Of a stretch of 64,000 nucleotides of DNA, positions 54,915 to 64,000 are shown in pieces. Position 1 is the first letter of the stretch; every line of letters begins with the position of its first letter. Below the pieces are notes generated by a model. The model worked only from the letters and a program-made list of their open reading frames with translations. It had not been told where the DNA came from and made no database searches. The translations under genes and the position numbers were made by a program. Source of the stretch: Octopus vulgaris (lineage: Eukaryota); assembly GCA_951406725.2 (NCBI GenBank), contig OX597814.1, forward strand, positions 66,960,001 through 67,024,000, in the 5' to 3' direction.

Positions 54915-55242
54915 TCTGTTGCTTCCTTTCAGCACGTAAAAAGCACCATCCGAACGTGGCGGATTGCAGCGCCGCCTTGACTGGCTTCTGTGCTGGTGGC
55001 ACGTAAAAAGCACCAACCGATCGTGGCCGCTGCCAGCCGCCCTGGCACCTGTGCAGGCGGCACAAAAAGCACCCACTACGCTCACGGAGTGGTTGGCGTT
55101 AGGAAGGGCATCCACCTGTCGAAACACTGCCAGATCAGACTGGAGCCTGGTGCAGACTCCTGGCTTCCCAGACCCCTGTCAAACTGTCCAACCCGTGCTA
55201 GCACGGAAAACGGACGTTAAACGATGATGATGATGATGATGA
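54915..55242 (+). mobile_element. 5'-truncated SINE/LINE-tail element with (GAT)n tail
   Basis: Internal GCACGTAAAAAGCACC repeats, GTTGGCGTTAGGAAGGGCATCC, ending GGACGTTAAACGATGATGATG. Confidence 0.75.
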
Positions 55243-55931
55243 TTCTCCCTCTTTGTTTCTTTCTCCTTTCTCTCTCACTTTCCCACTCTCTTACTCTTCC
55301 TTTCTCTCGGACTCTCCCTCGCTTTCTCTTACTCTCTATCTTTATGTATCTCTCTCCCATTTATAAACAACAAAAGATCTTGAGTAAGTTGAGAAATAAA
55401 ATATTTAGAAAGATCAATCATAAATATCAGGCAGTTACAAAGGAAAGGTCTGCTTCAAGACAGACAGCAAAACACTAACATTTAAAAGGGACAGAAGAAC
55501 TTGCGAGCTGAATAAAAATAATAAAATATTGGAAACCAAAGTTTGAAGGGATAGAATTTGAGGATAGTAGAGTCACCATGGCTGGCATTTGTTAACGACG
55601 GACAGCAACGTATTGACAGTTCAACGGCTGGCGTAAAATTTTGAACTTGATGTAAAAGAAAATCCCTAAAAACCAAGTTTTGACTTGATTCTTTCTCACG
55701 ACAGTAGACTCACGATGGCAAGCATTCAAAACTTCTTCATCATGGACGGCAACACATTGACGATTAAAAGGCTGGCGCAAATTTTGTAGCTTGATGTAAC
55801 AGAGAATTGTTAAACACCCGCTCCTTTAAATTTTAATCCCCTTCCAGCCCCATTTATACCCCTTTTCACCTTTTGGTTAATATAACCCGATTTCATTTGG
55901 GTCTACTGGGGCCACATTTTATAAGATGAGG

Positions 55932-56127
55932 ACTCAACCAAGTTTCCCAAGTTCTGGTAATAGACCATAGAACACTCAACCAAGTTTCCCGATTTCTGGT
56001 CATAGACCATAGAACAGTCAAGCAAGTTTCCCGAGTTCTGGTCATAGACTATAGAACACTCATACAAGTTTCCCGAGTTCTGGTCATAGACCATAGAACT
56101 AAACCAAGTTTCCCGAGTTCTGGTCAT
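55932..56127. repeat. 42-bp minisatellite, ~4.7 copies
   Basis: Unit ACTCAACCAAGTTTCCCGAGTTCTGGTCATAGACCATAGAAC. Confidence 0.92.
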
Positions 56128-56373
56128 TTGCAGAATAAATAGAGACGGCGGAGGTGGCAGACGTCGTTGCAATGTAAACATGATTTGTTATAAGAGAAAG
56201 ATTGTCCAGATTGTGTGTTGGTGGTGTTGGTGGTGGCGATGATAATTATCATTAGGAAAAAGAGTGAGTGAGTGAGGAAGACATACATAAGTTGTGGCGA
56301 TGATAATTGTAGACCCCTTTTCATATTTTGATGAAGAGAACCCGATTTCATTCTGGTGTACTGGGGCCACATA

Positions 56374-56412
<39 letters not shown>

Positions 56413-56516
56413 ACGCTGTAGAAATTAAATTAGAGATAAAACTACTAATAGGGAACTGAAACAGTAAAAAACCAAAAACAAAAACATAAAAATAGAAATA
56501 TAATATTAGATATATG

Positions 56517-56562
<46 letters not shown>

Positions 56563-56992
56563 GACAGGTAGACAATAGAATGCGATGGCGATGGGGATGG
56601 CTATGTAATATTTGTTACTGTCCATGAACGCTGATAGATACATGAGTAAAATGTATAGGAAGGTAAGCGATAAGAGTGAGTGAAAATGTTCTTGGAAGAG
56701 AGTAAATAGCGACAGATTGATTTGAGGAAGACTTTACATTAAATAACGGTAGTTGCATTGTCAAATGAAGAGGAGTGACAGAGTACTGGAGGAAATAGGG
56801 TGAGGTAGGAAGATGGCCCCTAGCAACCACACCTTTTAAGATAGGGATTTCTAAGGTAGCCCACGCGCATCGTCACCTCATTCTACATGTCCGTGTAAAT
56901 TTTGGAGCGAATCGGACGGGATGTAGTGGCATTGAAAGCGAACCAAGCGGTAAAAACGCAATTCAGTTTTATATATAGAGAAGATATATATG

Positions 56993-60430
<3,438 letters not shown>

Positions 60431-60903
60431 TAAGACTAGTCACGTGACTGTTTTCTTCCAATCAAATCCTATTCAAAACATATACTAATTTGAGCCATGA
60501 ACTCCTTATGGAAACAGGGCAAACTTCAAGCACTAGTCAGAAGCAAGACAGCTGCGACATAAGCCACGTCTTTCTATTTGAACTTTTTTAAAATCAGTGT
60601 AAACTGCGAAACCGATTAAAGCCTCAAATGTTTGATTAAAAATACTTTAACTATTCTCAGTGCATTTTCAACTTCTATTTTTCCTATATAATATTTATAT
60701 ATATACATGTGTATATGTATGTATATTTCATCTATCAAAACCAAGCGAGTTCAACTGCTTCACTACCTGCATATTACCCGGATTCCTTTTCTGGCCACTT
60801 TTCATCTTGCCAGTAAAAACTCGATAAAAACTTCGTAATTTAAGTTCAAATCATTTGAGTACTAGTTTTCTATTTTAGGCATCTCTGGGTTTCATCTGTT
60901 GAT

Positions 60904-61026
<123 letters not shown>

Positions 61027-62253
61027 ATAAAATTTTAAAATAGGATAAAATCTTTATAATAATTTATCAAGTAGTCAGCGTGAAAAACCTCATAAGGGAA
61101 CATTTTTTAATTATTCCCTATAAATATATTTATTTATATTAATGGCATTACTATACATAAACGCCTCACGCTATGAGGGACTCTTAAAGTCAAAACTACC
61201 ATAACAATTACAGTGTACCGAACGCGAGGGAATGCAACTCTCGAAGCGAGCTCCTTAAAAACAGATTATAATTAATAAACTTATTCTAAATTAATAGTAA
61301 CCTCTGTAGGTGTGTGAAAATGTGTATGTGTACGTATGTATGTTTTTGTACATATAGGTATGATCGTGGGTGGATGTACGGTTGTAAGTTTTTATTACAC
61401 ATATGAGCACGCAGGTGCGTACTTGGATATGTATATGTGTATATGCGAATATTCATTCATGGGTGGATATAAATATAGGTTTTATTTATACGTATGAGTG
61501 CGCAGATATATATTTAAATATATATATGTGTGTGCGATAGTTCCCTGACACAGTTTAGGAAAGTGTATTAATATTTATGCGTATATGCGGATGTACGTAT
61601 GAGTGTGTGTGTTAGTGTTAGACACTGCTGCCTGTACTGATATGTCTATAAGCCATGCGATGACAGACATGCACTCTGCAATTTGTTGAATGTGTAGAGA
61701 TGTGTCGGGGTGTATTCATGTGTGTGTACATGTGTGTGTGAGTTTCTGTGTGGATGTGTGGGTTTAGGGTTAGATGTGGATGTGTATGTTTTGCTTGGGC
61801 GGTGTGGTGGAGGTCGGGCGGCTCTCAATTGACCAACCGTGAGGAAGATAATGATAATTTTAAATTCAAATCCAATAGTGTATTTATGTCATAAGGAAAA
61901 TTATTAACTGGAACCCGGACATACATATATACCGCTCTGGATCCTAACGTAAGCGTTATTAATAATATTATGAATGATAATAATGATAACATTAATGGTA
62001 TTGACAACGATAATGATGCTAACTTTAACGACACTTTAGAAATTATTATGAAGTAATATAATGTACTATTGATTATGTATATTTGCATCTAGGTACTAAT
62101 TTGTGTATGTTTGTTATCACAATATTAAGTCGAAAAACTGAGACATTGAGTGTAGAACACATATATATGTTTACTAATTTATATTATTTATTTATATCAT
62201 TATGTAAATGTATATATATTTTTATATGTATAAGAGTGTGAGTATATGCACTC

Positions 62254-62256
<3 letters not shown>

Positions 62257-62311
<55 letters not shown>

Positions 62312-64000
62312 TGTGTACAGTGCTCAGGTGCACTACAACTCATCTAAAGTGTATATATAATCAGGTGTAGTTTCGACGGATTTCGGGAAGCATGAGGGCC
62401 TTAAAGGATGCAGTGTCATGGCAGTCAACAACTGATGCAGGCAGTTTATTCCACGCTTCAGCAACCCTGAGCGTGAAAAAATGTTTCCGAAAGTCATGGG
62501 AGCTGTGCTGTTTTCTGACTTTGTAGGCATGTCCACGTGTGTTAGACACATGGAGATCAAAAAGGTGTTCAGTGTTGTTGTTGGTGAGGTGGTTGATAAC
62601 CTTGTGGGTGTTTACCAAGTCCGTCGCCAGACGCCGGAGCTTCAGTGAATCCATGCCCAGGGAAACAAGGCACTCAGAATATGGTAGGTGTCTGATGGAG
62701 GGTATGCGTTTGGTTGCACGTCTCTGGACAGATTCCAGGAGGTCAATGTTCTGAGCAAGATAGGGATTCCAAACTGATGATGCGAATTCCAAGTGTGGTC
62801 GTACCATAGCTGTATACAGTTTTAAATAGATGGCTGGAGAGCGGCTAACAAAAGTCTTGCTGAGTGATGCCAAGACACCCTCGGCCTTCTTGACAATTTT
62901 AGAGATATGCTTTGTCCAACGCAAATCACTGCTGACAGTGATGCCTAGGTCACGCTCGCAAGAGGATTTCTTGATATCAGTGTTGTGGAGGGAGTATGTG
63001 GACGCAGGGTTTTTTCTCCCAAAATGCATGGTGGTACACTTGTCCACAGCCAGTTTCAGTTGCCAGTCTGTGATCCATTGCTGCATTGTGTCTAGGTCTG
63101 ATTGCAGGAAAGAGTTGTAGACATCAGGATCAGTCCTCTTGATTTCAAGGTACAGCTTGATGTCGTCTGCATATTTCAATACTGTGGCATTCTTTAAATT
63201 GGCATCTATGTCATTAATGTATGCCACAAACAGGAGGGGACCAAGGACAGATCCCTGTGGTACACCCGATGACATCTCATATGGTGTAGAGTGCTGTCCT
63301 AGAACTGTGACTACCTCCTTTCGGCTGAGGATGAAGGATTTCAACCAGTTAAAAAGGTCATCCCCCACACTCATTGCAGAGAGTTTCACCATAAGCCTTT
63401 TGTGTGGCACAGAGTTGAAAGCCTTAGCAAAGTCAAGGTAGACAACATCCACCCATGAGCCACTGTCAGTGATCTGAGTAATGTCCTCAAGGAACTCGAC
63501 AAGCTGGTCACTGCAGCTGGAGTTAGGGACAAATCCATATTGTGAGGGTCGGATGAGACTGTGAGAGCTCCAGAAGTTCCAGAGTGTTTCTCTGACACAC
63601 GATTCCATCAGTTTTGCAATACAGCTAGTGAGACTGACTGGGCGATAGTTGACAGGTGATGTGCGGTCACCCTTTTTGAACAGAGGAATGACACTGGCAG
63701 TTTTCCACTGCTCCGGAGTAGCACCATTGTTGAGACAGTACTGGAAGAAAATAGAAAGCTGGTGTAAAAGGAAGTGCCTGCCACGTTTGAGAAGCAGGTA
63801 TGTAACTCCATCGAGACCAGGGGAGGCATAGTTGCGCTTATTTTGAAGGTGACGTCGCAGCATTGCAGGTGTAAATTCCATAGTTGTTATGGAGTTTGCT
63901 GTTAGTGATGGTGAAGATGGTACATTTTGACTTTCGACAGTGAATATGTTTGCATAGCACTCGGCAATGAGTTCTGCGCATTCCTTGGGGTCGTCAGTGA
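62257..64000 (-). mobile_element. Young CR1-clade LINE, 3' portion
   Basis: Intact ORF2 end, a ~50-nt 3'UTR with stem-loop TGTAGTGC(ACCTGA)GCACTGTACA, and an (ATT)n tail. Confidence 0.93.
62361..63998 (-). CDS. LINE ORF2 reverse transcriptase (partial; open to the window edge)
   Basis: NYRPVSLTS, YLDFAKAF, SGVPQGSVLGPLLF, YADD, RPHLEFASSVWNP, ESVQRRATK, TRGH, RVAEAWNKLP. The frame stays open for 39 codons upstream of the listed Met. Confidence 0.95.
   Translation of the reverse strand, partial: TDDPKECAELIAECYANIFTVESQNVPSSPSLTANSITTMEFTPAMLRRHLQNKRNYASPGLDGVTYLLLKRGRHFLLHQLSIFFQYCLNNGATPEQWKTASVIPLFKKGDRTSPVNYRPVSLTSCIAKLMESCVRETLWNFWSSHSLIRPSQYGFVPNSSCSDQLVEFLEDITQITDSGSWVDVVYLDFAKAFNSVPHKRLMVKLSAMSVGDDLFNWLKSFILSRKEVVTVLGQHSTPYEMSSGVPQGSVLGPLLFVAYINDIDANLKNATVLKYADDIKLYLEIKRTDPDVYNSFLQSDLDTMQQWITDWQLKLAVDKCTTMHFGRKNPASTYSLHNTDIKKSSCERDLGITVSSDLRWTKHISKIVKKAEGVLASLSKTFVSRSPAIYLKLYTAMVRPHLEFASSVWNPYLAQNIDLLESVQRRATKRIPSIRHLPYSECLVSLGMDSLKLRRLATDLVNTHKVINHLTNNNTEHLFDLHVSNTRGHAYKVRKQHSSHDFRKHFFTLRVAEAWNKLPASVVDCHDTASFKALMLPEIRRNYT

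Larger units (their letters stand above)
54864..56984 (-). mobile_element. Non-autonomous Helitron in (TA)n, with nested SINE and minisatellite
   Basis: On the minus strand, 5' A|TCTTCTCTATATATAAAAC at 56984 and 3' hairpin ACCCGC(ACGTAGA)GCGGGT + CTAG|T at 54864. Confidence 0.8.

Noticed and set aside
55932-56127. CRISPR-like periodicity
   Set aside because: Contiguous 42-bp units with no unique spacers and no cas genes, in a eukaryotic Helitron context.
62539-63831. + strand and alternate-frame ORFs over the CR1 RT
   Set aside because: Shadows of the real ORF2 frame.

Overview
This is AT-rich, repeat-dominated animal genomic DNA. The SINE families and the (TA)n/(CA)n/(TACA)n/(GATA)n load match what I recall from octopus, but that assignment is from memory, not a database search. 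No complete host gene is visible, only one candidate 93-nt internal exon (53424-53516). Most ORFs in the supplied track are microsatellite translations. Recognisable elements: an ORF-intact CR1-type LINE running off the right edge; a decayed Penelope-like element (RT + GIY-YIG); R4/Dong, RTE and Tx1/L1 fragments; Tc1, mariner, maT-like and hATm-like remnants; MITEs; non-autonomous Helitrons, including a head-to-tail trimer; and at least four tRNA-derived SINE families. The best novelty candidate is a ~1.2-kb retroposon (13711-14903) with a 16-bp TSD, inserted in a SINE head and encoding one intact 175-188-aa protein with no RT. A diverged second copy (1629-2660) shares its protein motifs and 3' tail and abuts the same SINE family. 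Also notable are about ten minimal hammerhead-ribozyme motifs in (TA)n-flanked fold-back units, one with a G3-C8 core swap, and frequent local inverted duplications.
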